NCBI GenBank assembly: GCA_000004695.1
Contig: CM000153.2
Span: forward strand, 3,584,001-3,648,000
DNA from: Dictyostelium discoideum
Lineage: Eukaryota
Reading direction: 5' to 3'
DNA length: 64,000 nt
The notes under the pieces are model-generated. The model had not been told where the DNA came from and did not search any database. It was given only the letters and a program-made list of their open reading frames with translations. This document shows, in pieces, positions 27,771 to 45,116 of the stretch (positions within the stretch are counted from its first letter, which is position 1; every line of letters starts with the position of its first letter). The translations under genes were made by a program, and so were the position numbers.

Positions 27771-30073
27771 ATGGTTATTAATATTTAAAATTTTAAATTT
27801 TAACAGAGGTTGATAATAAAGAAGTTATGGATTTTTCAATTAAAAGATTTTATGGTCAATATCAAACATTGAGAAACTTTTTTTTAAATGCAAGTGCAAT
27901 TACAAGTGTATCTAGTGTTATTGCAGTACCAAATTTACCACCAGATCCTCCAAAGTTTATTAGAAAAGTTAGAGAGGCACCAAAGGCCAAACCACAGGCA
28001 ATTCCACCACCAGTTGTAAAGGAACCACCAACACCACCACCTGAACAAATTCCAGTTCCAGTACCAACACCTGTATTCATTCGTCAAACGGTACCAGTGG
28101 TTTATGGCGCACCTTATGGTATGCAACAACAACAACAAGATAATAGTATGTGGGGTCAGTTTGGTTCCAATCAACCATTTGATCCAAATTTACAATTACA
28201 ACAACAACAAGCTGCATTATTACAACAACAACAGCTACAACAACAACAACTTTTACAACAACAACAGCTACAGCAACAGCTACAACAACAACAATTATTA
28301 CAACAACAACAAGCTGCTGCTTTGGCTGCCGCTCAGCAACAACAGCAACAACAGCAATCACCACCTCAAATTTCACCTCAATCATCAGCTCAATGGGTAA
28401 CATTTGGTGATGATGCACCAACAAGACAACGTTCAACTAGTACACCACCAGCTTTGGAAAAGAAAGAAGCATCAGTTGATAAACCAGCTTCACCACCAAA
28501 ATCAACAACAGCCAGTTCCAATACTGATAGTCAAGGAAAAACTAGAGTTATCACTAAAATCATTACAAAGACTGTCAACAATACACAAGAGATCAATGCT
28601 CTCAAAGCAAGAATTGAGGAATTGGAAAGATTACTTCAAGAGGAACAAGATAAAAATAAAGCACTCACATTGAAATTATCGGAACGTGAAGCTATGATTC
28701 AAGAGGTAACATCAGCAAGAAAGAGATTACAAGATATGAGTTCAACCAATGATAATTACACTGCCGAAGTGGTTAAACAAAATGAACAATTACGTGAACA
28801 ACTCATTGCCATCAGAGATTGGACTGAACGTACAAGACTTCAAAGATTAGAGAAAGAGTTTGGTTTGGCTGCTGGTTCAATTCAACAATATCTCTCACAA
28901 TTGGATAATCCAAACAATATGGGTAATCAAGAGGCAACTCATCAATTGGTTATCGAGGATTTGGTTAATCATTTACAACAAGCTCAACGTTTATCCGATC
29001 TTTGTAATCAAGAGGGTGATGATTTAGAAATGGATATTTTCTCTGCGGTCAATACAGTTTCAAACTCTTTGAAGAGTTTATTCTTTGATGCCAAGGGTTC
29101 ATCAAGATTAATTTTAGATCCAGAGTCACAAAGTAAATTTATGGATGCCGCAAGAAAAATTGGTGCTCTCACTCAAAATCTTTTCGAATCAATTCGACTC
29201 CAAGGTGGTCAATGTAATGATGATGAAGATCGTAAGAGATTGGCAAACAATTTTGCTTCCCTTAAAACTGGTATCAATAATTTGGATGCATTGGCTCAAC
29301 AAGCTGACGCTGAAAGAATTGAAGCCGAGAAGAAATATTTAGAGAATGGTTTTGATTTGGATGATGTTGCTGAACGTGAACTATTGGCTGCCGCTAAAAC
29401 CATTGAAGATGCTGCAAACTCATTATTGGCCGCAAAATCAAAGAGAGCTCCAAAGAAGGAGGGTGATTCACCAGATGTTGCTGAGGCAATCCTTGAGGCT
29501 GCTATGGCAATCACTGGTGCTACTTCCACATTGGTTGGTGCCGCCACTTTAGCACAAAGAGAACGTGTCGAAAAGGGTAGAACAAGTGATGGTGGTCCAC
29601 TCTATAGAAAGGATCCAACTTGGGCTGAAGGTTTAATCTCTGCTGCAAAATCTGTTGCCCAAGCCACTAAAGCTTTGGTAGATAATGCCAACAAGACAGC
29701 ATCTGGTCAAGAGATCCCAGGTGGTACAGAAGAAGCTCTCATTGCAACTTCGATGGCTGTAACTGCTGCAACTTCTCAATTGGTCTCTGCTTGTAAATCT
29801 AAATCTGATATCAATAGTCCTTCTCAACATAAACTTTCAAATGCTGCCAAATCCGTATCCAATGCAACCAATCTTTTAGTGGCTGCAGCCAAAGCTGTCG
29901 CTGCTAAAGTCGCCTCTGAAGAGGATATCGATTTCGATAAACTCACTGTCACTGGTTATAAAGTTAAAGAAATGGAACAACAAATGGCAATTCTCAGATT
30001 AGAAAAAGAATTAGAAGTCGCTAGAAAAGGTTTAAGTGTTATTAGAAAGAAACAATATGACGAAAATCAATAA
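26989..30073 (+). CDS. hipA: huntingtin-interacting protein 1-related / Sla2 homologue (ANTH domain, coiled coil, C-terminal I/LWEQ talin-like actin-binding module), about 961 aa; exons 26989..27064, 27182..27726, 27809..30073
   Basis: The ANTH-like N-terminus MTEFEAIVHKATNSKITAPKRKHV..IVLECYNENSARTFYMELYRRPLDTSDVVCWKSLITIHKVVQEGP parallels Sla2/HIP1R ([24 protein letters not shown]..). The I/LWEQ-type C-terminus includes KVKEMEQQMAILRLEKELEVARKGLSVIRKKQY. Donors are T|GTAAAT and AAT|GTATTT; acceptors are aaaaatag and acagag. 76+545+2265 = 2886 nt = 962 codons. There is a Q-rich tract at 28130-28370. Confidence 0.8.
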
Positions 30074-31363
30074 AAAAAAAAAATAAATAAATAAAAAATA
30101 AAACCAAAAACAAATTTTAGTAAATAAAAATAATAAAATAATTTAAAATTTTAATTTATTAATAAAAATTATAATAATTTTATGTTTAGGAAATAAATAT
30201 ATATAATTTTTTTTTTTTTCTAATTCTCTAAACCTTTAATTTTCTAATTTTCTAAATCTCTTAGAAAAAGATCTTCCAAGAAAATTTCATTAAATTTAAA
30301 AATGATTTACAATGGGTTTATATTTCATCATCCAATAGGAACCCGACAACTCTTGAACTATTATTTAATATTAATTAGTGATATAATGTATCAGATTCTT
30401 TGTTTAATTTTATTCCTACAAGGTTAGAAACTTGTTTATAATTCAAAACATTCCTAATAAATAATCTTGAAAAATTGAATTATTTTGTTATTGGCTTTTT
30501 TTTTTCTGCTTGTTTTTAAAAAAAATAAATTTTAAAGGGTTTTAATTTTTTTTTAATAATTTAAGTGATATTATTTTTTGGACAATAAATCTATTTATAG
30601 CCTTGATGGTAACTTTTTTAAACCGATTTTTGTCGAAAAAAAAAAAAAAAATAAAAAAAAAAAAAAATAATATTTGTTGATACAATATTAAAAAAAAAAA
30701 AAAAATAGATATTTATTGAATATTTTTTTATTTATTAAAATTTAACTATTTTCAACATCTTAGATCGAGATTTCTCCGGAAAGTAAATGGTGAATTAATT
30801 GAAATTTTTATTTTTTTTATTTTTTTTCCTTGAAAAATTATAAATAATAATAAAAATTTATTATTTAAAGTTTTTTTTTTTCTAAAAATATTAGACCAAA
30901 AATATTAGACCAAAACAAAGTCCATATAAAATAAAATAAAATAAAATAAAAAAGGTAACATGTTTAAAATTCACTGAACATCTCAAAAAATTATAAAAAA
31001 AAAAAAATTTTAATAGTAAAAAAAAAAAAAAAAAAATTAAAAAAAAATTAATTTTTTTTTTTTATTTTTCATTTTTTTATTTTTTTATTTTTTTATTTTT
31101 TTTGTTTTATTGTTTATATAAAAAAAAGAAAACAAGAGACAGAAAATTCTTTTTATTTTCATTAGTTTCTTTAAATTTTATTGGTTTTTTTTTTTTTTGT
31201 AATAATAATAATATTTTAAAAACAAAACAAAACAAAATAAAAAAAAAAAAAAAAAAAAAAGAATAAAAAAAACAAAAACACACACAAACCGATTTTTATT
31301 TATTTATTTTTTTTAAATGCACACTTTTTTTTTATTATAATATTTAATAGTAATAAACTAAAA

Positions 31364-35240
<3,877 letters not shown>

Positions 35241-35486
35241 GAAAATAAATAAAAATAAAATAAAAATAAAAATTGATTATTCAAATAAAGAAATTAATCA
35301 CCAAATAAAATATTTTCACATTCTACCAATAATTATTCTACGAATAGGTGTTTGGTGTCGCCAAGATATTTTTTTTTTTTTTTTTTTATAATTTTTTTTT
35401 TTTTTTTGATGAAAAAAACCATCAATTTTTTTTTTTTTTTTTTTATTTATTTTTTTATTTTTACTAATTATTTTATTTTAACCAAA

Positions 35487-38099
35487 ATGGAAAACAATAA
35501 TTATAAACTTTATAAATCAGTTTTTGGTAATAAATATTTATCAAATGTAATATTTAAAAATGTTTATAAATTAAATGATCAATATTATGGTCAAAAAGAA
35601 TCATTCACAAGATGTGTAAATTATGAACAAGCATCACTTGAATGGATTTTAAAAAATCAAAAATATGAATTACTTTATGATAAAATTAAATCAAATTATA
35701 AGTTTAGTGAAAATGATGAAGGATTTTCTTTTGTATGGATAAAAAAATTGGTTCAATTATTAACAAGTGAAACTGAAAAAGAAAATAACAATTTTATATT
35801 ATTACAAAAATTTTATAAAAATAATTTAGATACTTTAAAAAAGGTTAAATTATTTCATAGCTCAACAAATTTTATCTGTATTGGTTTATTGGAATTTTCA
35901 ATTTACACTCAAAGTATTGATTTCTTAAAATTAGTTTATCTAGATTATCAAAATGATAATAAAACTAAATCAACTGAAAATGATAATATTTATAAATTTT
36001 TGGATTTATCATTGAAATTTGGGAATTTAGATATTATAAAATTTGTACATAGGGAAATGGGTATTGGTTTAAATGATAGAATTATGGCATTACATTTTTC
36101 AATGTTATCTGAAAATAGAACAGCTGTGGTATACTATTTACTAGATGAAATTAAATTTAAACTACCAACAGAAAAAAAATATCAAAATGAAATTTTATTT
36201 GATAAATTCTTTTTAAATATTATGAAATTAGAATTTGATTTATTTAAACGTCTTTATGAATTAGGTTCACCATTATTCTTTAATAAAATTTATTTAAAAA
36301 GTTTATCATGTTATTTCAATAATACATTCGACATAATTGAAGAAAATAAGAAAACATTTATTCAATTCTTAAATTTCTTTCAAAATTGTATTTTCTTATC
36401 AGCTATTTTATCAAAATCAAAATCAACCATAAAAAGAAATAGTTTATTATTAAAAAAAATAAAACATTTAATAAATTATAATAATAATAATAACAATAAT
36501 AATGAAAATGATAATAATAATAATAACAATAATAATAATAATGAAAATATAATTTATAATTTAGAACAAGATGAATATATAACTATTAAAGAAAATGAAG
36601 ATGAAAAAGCAAATGAGAAGGAAATTGAAAAAAAAGATTTATTTAAAAATGGAAATTGGTTTTCAAATTTTTTAAAATCAAAATCAAAGTCAACAACAAC
36701 AACAACAAGTACTTTTGGAAAATCAGATAAATTAATGGTTAATCCATCATCTAACTATGATAAATTTACAGAAATAAATTATAATAATTTTAATTTTGAA
36801 AGAGAGATTAAAAGAATTTATTTATTTGATTATTTAAAAGTAGAAAATGAAATTTTCATGACAAAAGATAGCTATATGTTGATGGCTCTAGAATTTAAAA
36901 GAAAATACCAAGAAAGTGAAGTTTTCAATGATGCTTCATTTTTAAATTCAACTGGTTTTTATGAATCATTATTTGTGGTATCAGTTCTTTATGCAGATTA
37001 TAAACTATTGGAATTTGATTCATTTGATATTCTTCAAAGAGATAGTCATCTTGAAAAATTAAAATCCTCCTTTAATACTTTCTTTTATAGGAAAAGAAGG
37101 TCAGATTTCCAAGCTTTCTTTTTAGTTTCAAAAGATATAGAGAAACAAATTGAATACATTGATTTTCTTTGCAAGTTAAATATATGTAAAATAGATTCAC
37201 TTTCAGAATTTGTTAGAGAAATAATTTTATCAAAATATTTTATAATACCACAACATGCAGATCTATTGGCAAATTTATTTAAAAAATATTTTTTTAATTC
37301 TAAGAAATCAAATGCTTTAGTTTTTGTTTATAATAGAGAACTATTCAAATATTTTTATAAAAACTATGTAGGACTTTTTGATTGGACATCAGAAATTATT
37401 GCAAATTTATTTGTTAAAAATGATGATATTGAACTCATTGAATTTTTACATGTCAATGGAATTAGTGATTTAAATTTAGCAATTGATTTTTCTCAAACTT
37501 TAAAGATGGCTGATTTTATGATTAAATTAGGTTATAATTTTTCAAAAAAATCTTTGGAAACTATTTCAAATATAGATAATAGTGACGAAACATTTTCATT
37601 ATTCCAATTAGCATTTAAATCATTACAAATGACTTTTTCTAAAGAGAATGATTATGTTGATGCTGAAGCTGATGCTGATGGTGAACCAGTCAATAGTGTT
37701 CAAAAGACTCAAAACTTAATACCAATTTATTTGGTTAGTAAAAATTATAGATGTTTAAAATTCTTGGAGGATAAGGTATTATTGGGTATTTTACATCCTT
37801 CAAAGGTTAATATTCTTTATTCATCACCAAAGAAAATAAATGTATTGACAATGGAAAAATTACTACCCTTTTTCAATCAATTGTATGTTATTAATAATGT
37901 TTTAGATACTTTTAACTATGATATTATTGATTCTTTCTTAAACGAATATAAAAGTAATGATGATAATAAAAATCAAAGTAAATATAAATTAGAAATCGAG
38001 AAATTAACTTTTGTAAAAATAATGAAACTTCATAAATCATCCAAAATTAGATCTCTCATTGAAGAAAATATAAATAATAATTGTTTATCTGTAAAATAA
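35487..38099 (+). CDS. large lineage-specific protein, paralogue X2, about 870 aa
   Basis: ATG 35487 is in frame with track ORF 35352..38099. The N-terminus MENNNYKLYKSVFGNKYLSNVIFKNVYKLN is colinear with X1 at 23268..25916 (see that feature). Confidence 0.6.
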   Translation: MENNNYKLYKSVFGNKYLSNVIFKNVYKLNDQYYGQKESFTRCVNYEQASLEWILKNQKYELLYDKIKSNYKFSENDEGFSFVWIKKLVQLLTSETEKENNNFILLQKFYKNNLDTLKKVKLFHSSTNFICIGLLEFSIYTQSIDFLKLVYLDYQNDNKTKSTENDNIYKFLDLSLKFGNLDIIKFVHREMGIGLNDRIMALHFSMLSENRTAVVYYLLDEIKFKLPTEKKYQNEILFDKFFLNIMKLEFDLFKRLYELGSPLFFNKIYLKSLSCYFNNTFDIIEENKKTFIQFLNFFQNCIFLSAILSKSKSTIKRNSLLLKKIKHLINYNNNNNNNNENDNNNNNNNNNNENIIYNLEQDEYITIKENEDEKANEKEIEKKDLFKNGNWFSNFLKSKSKSTTTTTSTFGKSDKLMVNPSSNYDKFTEINYNNFNFEREIKRIYLFDYLKVENEIFMTKDSYMLMALEFKRKYQESEVFNDASFLNSTGFYESLFVVSVLYADYKLLEFDSFDILQRDSHLEKLKSSFNTFFYRKRRSDFQAFFLVSKDIEKQIEYIDFLCKLNICKIDSLSEFVREIILSKYFIIPQHADLLANLFKKYFFNSKKSNALVFVYNRELFKYFYKNYVGLFDWTSEIIANLFVKNDDIELIEFLHVNGISDLNLAIDFSQTLKMADFMIKLGYNFSKKSLETISNIDNSDETFSLFQLAFKSLQMTFSKENDYVDAEADADGEPVNSVQKTQNLIPIYLVSKNYRCLKFLEDKVLLGILHPSKVNILYSSPKKINVLTMEKLLPFFNQLYVINNVLDTFNYDIIDSFLNEYKSNDDNKNQSKYKLEIEKLTFVKIMKLHKSSKIRSLIEENINNNCLSVK

Positions 38100-38144
38100 A
38101 ATAAACAAAATTAAATAAAAAAATAAAATTAAATGTATAATAAA

Positions 38145-38183
<39 letters not shown>

Positions 38184-38847
38184 CCTTGTGTTTTTATTAA
38201 GTACCTCCAAATATATCAAATAATTTGTTTTAAAATAATCAATAAATAAATTTATAAATCTTAATTAAAAACTAAGACACTTTTATTTATCAATTTACTT
38301 ATTTTTTTATTTATTTATTTTTTTATTTTTTTTTTTATTTTTTTTTTTTGACAAAAACAAAAACAAAAATAAACAACACATTTGAAAATAAAAAAAAAAA
38401 AAAAGAACTGTGTTGAGGTTCGCAAATAAATTAAAAAAAAACTCTAAGTAATTTTTTTTTTTAATTTTTTTTTTTTTTATATTATTTCTTTTATTTTTTT
38501 ATTTTTATTTTTTTTATTTTTGGTAATCTTAACCACCTTTATTCAAACACCGCGGTTGGGTATTGTTTTTTTTTTTTTTTTTTTATTTTTTTTTTTTTTT
38601 TTTTTAAGTTTCCTTTTAAAATTAGATTCGTTAAAAAAAAAAAAAAACGATATTTTTTTTTATTTTTTAAAAAAAAAAAAAAATTTTCAAAATTAAATTA
38701 ATCGAAAAACGAAACAAATTTTTTTTTTTTTTTTTTTTTTTTCTTTCGACAAAACCAACCAAAAGGTATACTCCTAAACAAGAACAAATAATATAAATAA
38801 TATATATTAATATATATATATACACACACATATAAATTCATATAAAA

Positions 38848-39276
38848 ATGGCAAATAATAATATTATGGGTATTGACTTTGGTACACATTTCGCATGTGT
38901 TGGTATTTTCAAGAATGAAAGAATTGAAATCTGTCCAAATCAACAAGGTAACAGAACTACTCCATCAGTTGTTTCATTCGTTGGTGACGATAAATTAGTT
39001 GGTGATGAAGCTAAAGCACAAATGGATAGAAATCCATTAAATACAATTTATGATGTTAAAAGATTATTAGGTAGAAAAACTACTGACGAATTATTTGATG
39101 TAAGTTTTACCGGAAAATAAAAAAATAAAAAAATAAAAATAAAAATAAAAAATAATAATAAAATTATCGATTTATAACAACTCACACACCATATAAAAAT
39201 AATTAAATTTAAATATATATTTATATTTTCTAATTATTCATTTTTTTTTTTTTCTCGGTTTTTTTTTTTTTTTTTC

Positions 39277-39309
<33 letters not shown>

Positions 39310-40630
39310 ATTATTATTATTATTATAGCATGAAGTTAAAAAATTATCATTTAAAGTTACAACATATGAAGATAATAATGAAAAGATTGAATTTCAAGTT
39401 AACTATAAATCAAATGTTGTTACATTAACACCAATTGAAATTGCAACCAGTATTTTAGAACAAATTAAACATACTGCAGAGACATTTATTGGTGGTGAAT
39501 CAATTAAGAAGGCCGTTATATCAGTACCAACAGATTTCACAGAGAAACAAAGAAACGATTTGAAAGAGGCAGCCACAGCAGCAGGTATTACAGTTGTTAG
39601 AATGATTCATGAACATTCAGCAGTTGCATTAGCATATGGTTATGATCAAGTTAAGGAATGTTCAGAGACAACTAATGAATCAAAGGAGAGCAATGTTATG
39701 GTATTCGATTTGGGTGGTAGTGGTGTATCAGCATCAATGATTAGAGTTAGATCTAAATTATTCGAAATGATTGGTAATGTCTCTGATCACACTGTAAGTG
39801 GTGAGCATTTCGACCATGTTTTAGTACAACATTTCACCCAAGAATTCAACAGAAAATATAGATGTGACTTGACAGACAATGCACGTTCAAAGGCCAAATT
39901 AAAGAGTGCCTGTGAAAAAGCCAAGAGAAACCTTTCAAATATGACCCAAGCCGCTTTGGAAATCGATTCACTCTATGATGGTCGTGATTTCTTTACAAAC
40001 ATCACCAGAGCTCGTTTCGAAGATATGGCAAGTGGTTTAATTAAAGGTTCAATCAATGCCGTCTCTCAACTCTTAGAGAAATGTAATATGACTAAAGAAC
40101 AAGTTGATAAGGTTTTATTGGTTGGTGGTGCTTCTCGTATTCCTTCCGTTCAAAATCAATTACTCAACTTCTTTGATAATAGACAAGACATCTTGGAGAG
40201 ATCAATGAATCAAGAGGAGGTCGTCGCCCATGGTACCACCATTCAAGCAACTATCCTTGCCGCCGATAAATCTAATCAATCTTTGACCTGTAATTCTTCA
40301 AATATCTCTATGGGTGCTCCATTCAGTGCTAAATTCACCCCTGTCACTATCGGTATCCAAGATTCAAATGGTAATTTAATCCCAATCATTCCTTCATCTT
40401 CCCTCATTCCATGCAAACGTACTTTCACTTTAAATACTTCCTCTGAAAATCAAGATAATCTTAATATGGCAGTCTATCAAGGTAGTGCACCACTCGCCAA
40501 AGATAATCAATTGGTTTCACGTTTCATCTTTAAATCTTCTCCAAATCCAATCGATGTCACTTTTGAAATTGATAATAACAATACTTTATTAATTAAATCC
40601 GAACAAGCAAATTATTCAATTAAATTTTAA
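38848..40630 (+). CDS. divergent Hsp70-family protein, HSPA14/Ssz1-like (ribosome-associated-complex type), about 517 aa; exons 38848..39099 and 39329..40630
   Basis: The N-terminus MANNNIMGIDFGTHFACVGIFKNERIEICPNQQGNRTTPSVVSFVGDDKLVGDEAKAQMDRNPLNTIYDVKRLLGRK has the Hsp70 actin-like ATPase fold with HSPA14-like substitutions. The length, about 510 aa, lacks a full C-terminal lid as in HSPA14. The donor is GAT|GTAAGT and the acceptor attattatag. 252+1302 = 1554 nt = 518 codons. Confidence 0.7.
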
Positions 40631-41409
40631 AAATTAAACTATTAAATATTATAAAAAAATTCAAATAATAATAATAATAATAATAATTAATAACAAATAA
40701 ATAAAAATAAAAATAAAAAAAAAATAAAAAAAAGTAATACACGGTAAATAATTTGATTTTCAAATTAAAAAATAGTATTAAAAAAAAAAAAAAAAATTAA
40801 AAAAAAAAAAAAAAATCTAAAAATAAACAATCTAAAAATAAACTTATATAATACGAATAGTATATAAGAAGATAAAAATATAATCATAAAAAAAAAAAAA
40901 AAAAAAAATAATAAAAATAATAAAAATAAAAAAAATAATAAAATTAAAAACAAGTATGATTGTGTGTTCACCATTTAAATAAAAAATTATTTCTATTAAT
41001 TTTTTTAAACACTATTTAAAAAATGGGTTTGTGTTTGTTAAAAAAAAAAAAAAAAAAAATGGATAATTATTTTGTTGATACATTATCTTTTTTTTATATA
41101 TTTATTTATTTTTTTTTTTGAAGATTTAGATAATTCCAGGGTTCACCAAAAAGGATATTTTTTTCAATTCCTATTTTTTTTTTTTTTTTTTTTTTATTAA
41201 TATCATTTATTTTATTTTTATTTTATTTTTTTATTTTTATTTTATTTTTATTTTTATTTTCTTTTTTTATTTCAAACCTTTTACACAAATATCTTTTTTT
41301 AAAAAAAAAAATCAAAAAATTTTTTTTTTTTGATCACCAGGTTGAGGTATTATTGGAATCAAAAAAAAAAAAAAAAATAAAAAAAAATAAAAAATTTCCT
41401 TCAATTGAA

Positions 41410-41450
<41 letters not shown>

Positions 41451-41721
41451 TTTTTATTTTATTTTTTTATATTTTTTTCTCTTATTCCCAACAAATATTA
41501 TTTTTATTTTTATTTTTATTTTTATTTTTATTAATCAAATTTAAAAACAAAACAAAAATAATAAAAAAAATAAAAAACAAAAATAAAAAATAAAAACAAA
41601 AAAAAAAAATAAAAAAAAAAAAATAAAAAAAAGCATTTTTGAAATAAAAAAAATAAAAACAAAAAAAAAAAAAAAACCGACATACAATATCTTGGTATCA
41701 AATAAATATATATTTATAAAT

Positions 41722-41901
41722 ATGGATACCACAACAATATCTGATATCAGAAATTCAAAAATATCAATTAATATAGCTGAAAATAGGGAACAATTTGGAA
41801 AGAAATTTACAGAATATATCATTGATATTACAAATTCAAATGGTCATGAATATACAATTGCAAGAAGATTTTCAGAATTTCATTCACTTTATGAATTGGT
41901 A

Positions 41902-41940
<39 letters not shown>

Positions 41941-42918
41941 AATTTAACTAACAATTATTTATTTTTTTACTTTTTATTTGTTGTTTTTTATTTTTAAATT
42001 TAGTTAGTTCATAATTATCAAATTCAATTCCCATTTCCACCTAAAAAATTAAATAAATTAAATGTTAATATTATAGAGATTAGAAAGAAGGCATTACAAG
42101 ACTTTTTAAAATTTTTAGTTATCCATCCATCGGCATCCGTAAGAAAATCTGATGATGTAATTAGATTTTTGGATCAAAATACAGCAAGTTTTAATAATAG
42201 TTTGTATCAAATTTTATTTTTTTATTTATTTATTTTATATTAACATATTTAAAATCTATTTTCACCTTTTTTTTTTTTATTATTTTTTTATTGAAAAAAA
42301 GAATTAATTAAAGAGAAATTAACATTCGAACAAGTTAATCAAAAAAAGAAATCAGTTAAATTAGAAGTATCAATTGTGGAGGGTAAAGAATTTAGATTAC
42401 AAAAGAAATCAATGTGGGATATAGTTTCATATTGTATTTTCGATGTTGGACATGAACCTATTGATGGTCAAAAATCAACTAAAAAAACATCAATCATTGC
42501 AGGTCCATATCCAAGATGGAGTTATAAAACAAAAGTTACAATTAAATCAAGCGAACCACAAAAAACATTATACTTTAAAGTATTTAATCAAGAATCAACT
42601 TTATCAATAACTCCTTCAGGTGGTAGTAGTGGTAGTGGTAGTGGTAGTAGTGGTAGTAATAATATAAATAATAATATAAATAATAATAACAGCAATAATA
42701 ATAATAGTAATATAAATAACGGTGGTAGTGGTATTTTAGATGATAATAATAGTGGTAGTGTTACAATTAACACCAAAGATTGTAAAGTAGATTTAATTGG
42801 ATCTTGTTCTGTTGATATCGATAAATTACAAATTACAAATCAATCTCCAACTTTGCATGTATTACATTTAGAACCTGAAGGTTCTGGTGAAATCTTAATT
42901 TCATTATTATTATTGTAA
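41722..42918 (+). CDS. PX-domain plus C2-like-domain protein, about 325 aa; exons 41722..41898, 42004..42187, 42302..42918
   Basis: The PX signature is GHEYTIARRFSEFHSLYEL|LVHNYQIQFPFPPKKL...IRKKALQDFLKFLVIHP. The C-terminal beta-rich region VSIVEGKEFRLQKKSMWDIVSYCIFDVGHEP...KVFNQES is C2-like. Donors are TTG|GTAATT and A|GTTTTA. 177+184+617 = 978 nt = 326 codons. Confidence 0.6.
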
Positions 42919-43362
42919 AAAAAACAGGAAAAAAAAAAAACAGGAAAAAAAAAAAAAAAAGGAAAAAAAGGGAAAACTTGAATTCAAATTGATAAAAATA
43001 AATCTCTTTAATTTTATTTTTTTCATATTTTTTGGGATTAAAAATAAAATAAAATAAAATAAAATAAAATAAAATGAAATAAATTAAAATAAAATAAAAA
43101 TTAAAAATAAAATTGTATATATTTTTTAAAATTTATTTTGTTTTATTTTATTTTTATAAAAAAAAAAAGGGTTCGATGCTATGATTTAATTTTATTTTTT
43201 ATTAATATGAATTTAGTATTATAAAAATAGAGCACTAAAAAATACACAAAATGATATAAAATATTAAAAAAATGAATGTAACCATTCTGTTTTTTTAAAT
43301 TCAATTTATTTTTTTTAATTTTTTTTTTAATTTATTTTTTTATTTTTTTTTATTTTTGGAAA

Positions 43363-43399
<37 letters not shown>

Positions 43400-43426
43400 C
43401 AAAAACCCACACTCACAGTCATAGCA

Positions 43427-44657
43427 ATGGATAAATATAATATTGAAGCATTAATTGGTGAGGGTACATATGGTGTTGTTTCAAGAGCAACAGTAAAAGC
43501 AACAGGTCAAATTGTTGCAATAAAGAAAATTAGGAAGATATTAATTCAAAATCAAACTGATGATGGTATAAATTTCTCTGCCATTAGGGAAATTAAAATA
43601 TTACAAGAGTTAAAACATGATAATGTAGTTAATGTATGTTTTATTATTTTTATTATTTTTATTATTATTTTTTATTTTTACTAAAAAAAAAAAAAAAATT
43701 TAAAAGTTACTTGATATTTTTGCACATAAAAGTAATGTTTATTTAGTATTTGAATTAATGCAATGGGATTTACAAGAAGTTATTGAAGATAAAAGTATCA
43801 TTTTAAAACCAGCAGATATTAAAAGTTATATGAAAATGTTATTACAAGGTATTGAAGCATGCCATAGGAATTGGGTATTACATCGTGATCTTAAACCAAA
43901 CAATCTTTTGATGTCAATAAATGGTGATTTGAAATTGGCGGATTTTGGTTTAGCAAGACAATATGGTAGTCCTAATAAAGTTTTCTCACCACAAGCCGTA
44001 ACAATGTATGTACATCAAATCGTTATTATTATTATTTCTATTTTTATTATTAACATTAATAATAATATTAATATTAATACCCCTATGAAATAAATAGTTT
44101 TTACAGAGCACCAGAACTTTTATTTGGAGCAAAATCATATGGACCATCAGTTGATATTTGGTCAATTGGTTGTATATTTGCAGAACTTATGTTAAGAACT
44201 CCATATCTACCAGGTACTGGTGAAATTGATCAATTAAGAAAGATTTGTTCTGCTTTGGGCACTCCAAATGAATCAAATTGGCCAGTATGTTATTTTATTT
44301 TTATTATAATATTTAAATAATGGGAAATTAATAATATTAACAAAAACAATAATTAAAATTTTAATTAATTAGGGTGTAACATGTTTACCAAATTATATTA
44401 AATTTACAGATCACCCAGCAACACCATTCAAACAATTATTTACAGCAGCAAGCGATGAAGCAATTGACTTAATTAGTAAAATGTTGTTATTTAATCCTTC
44501 AAATAGAATTTCAGCTGCTGATGCTTTAAATCATCCATATTTCACATCTGGTGTAAAACATACTAATCCTGCTGATTTACCAGTACCATTTGCTAAAAAA
44601 GCATCATTATTACAACAACGTCAAGTTTTAGCTCAAGTTCAACAACAATTATTACAA

Positions 44658-44693
<36 letters not shown>

Positions 44694-44762
44694 ATTCAAT
44701 CACAACCAGAGCCAATTCAAGTTGACAATGTAGAACAAACCCAACAAGCCCAACAAGTTTAA
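43427..44762 (+). CDS. cdk7: cyclin-dependent kinase 7 (CAK catalytic subunit), 360 aa; exons 43427..43633, 43707..44005, 44098..44284, 44373..44762
   Basis: [32 protein letters not shown] and [14 protein letters not shown] are colinear with human CDK7 (GEGQFATVYKA.., [48 protein letters not shown]). Donors are AAT|GTATGT, AT|GTATGT and CCA|GTATGT. 207+299+187+390 = 1083 nt = 361 codons. The tail is polyQ-rich. Confidence 0.85.
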
Positions 44763-45116
44763 AAAAAAAAAAAATAACTCAAAAAAACAACTCAAAAAAA
44801 AAAAAAGAAAAAGAAAAAAAAAACCAACACAAGAAACAATTAATTTTATATTCTTGGATTTTTTTTTTCTTTGTAATTTAAATAATTAATCCGGCTATAA
44901 AAAAAAAAAAAAAAAATAAATAAATTAATTTTTTTTTTCCCAAAAATAAAAATAAAAATAAAAAAAAAAAAAAAAAAAAAAAAAAACCAAAAATAAATTT
45001 GGTGATCAAATTGAAATTTAATTTATATAAATAAAAACGTGAACATATGATTTTACATGAAATTTTATAATTAGTAATAAAAAAAAAAAAAAAAAAAAGT
45101 TATAGATAAATAAATA

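Noticed and set aside
27862-29830. Several 65-120-aa ORFs on both strands inside the hipA-like gene
   Set aside because: They are alternative frames of the Q-rich and A-rich coding regions. The plus-strand long ORF has the clear HIP1R/Sla2 homology.
43160-43190. gggttcgatgc, which resembles a tRNA T-arm
   Set aside because: No acceptor stem, anticodon arm, or A-box and B-box spacing is present around it, and the surrounding sequence is pure AT. I found no convincing tRNA anywhere in the window.
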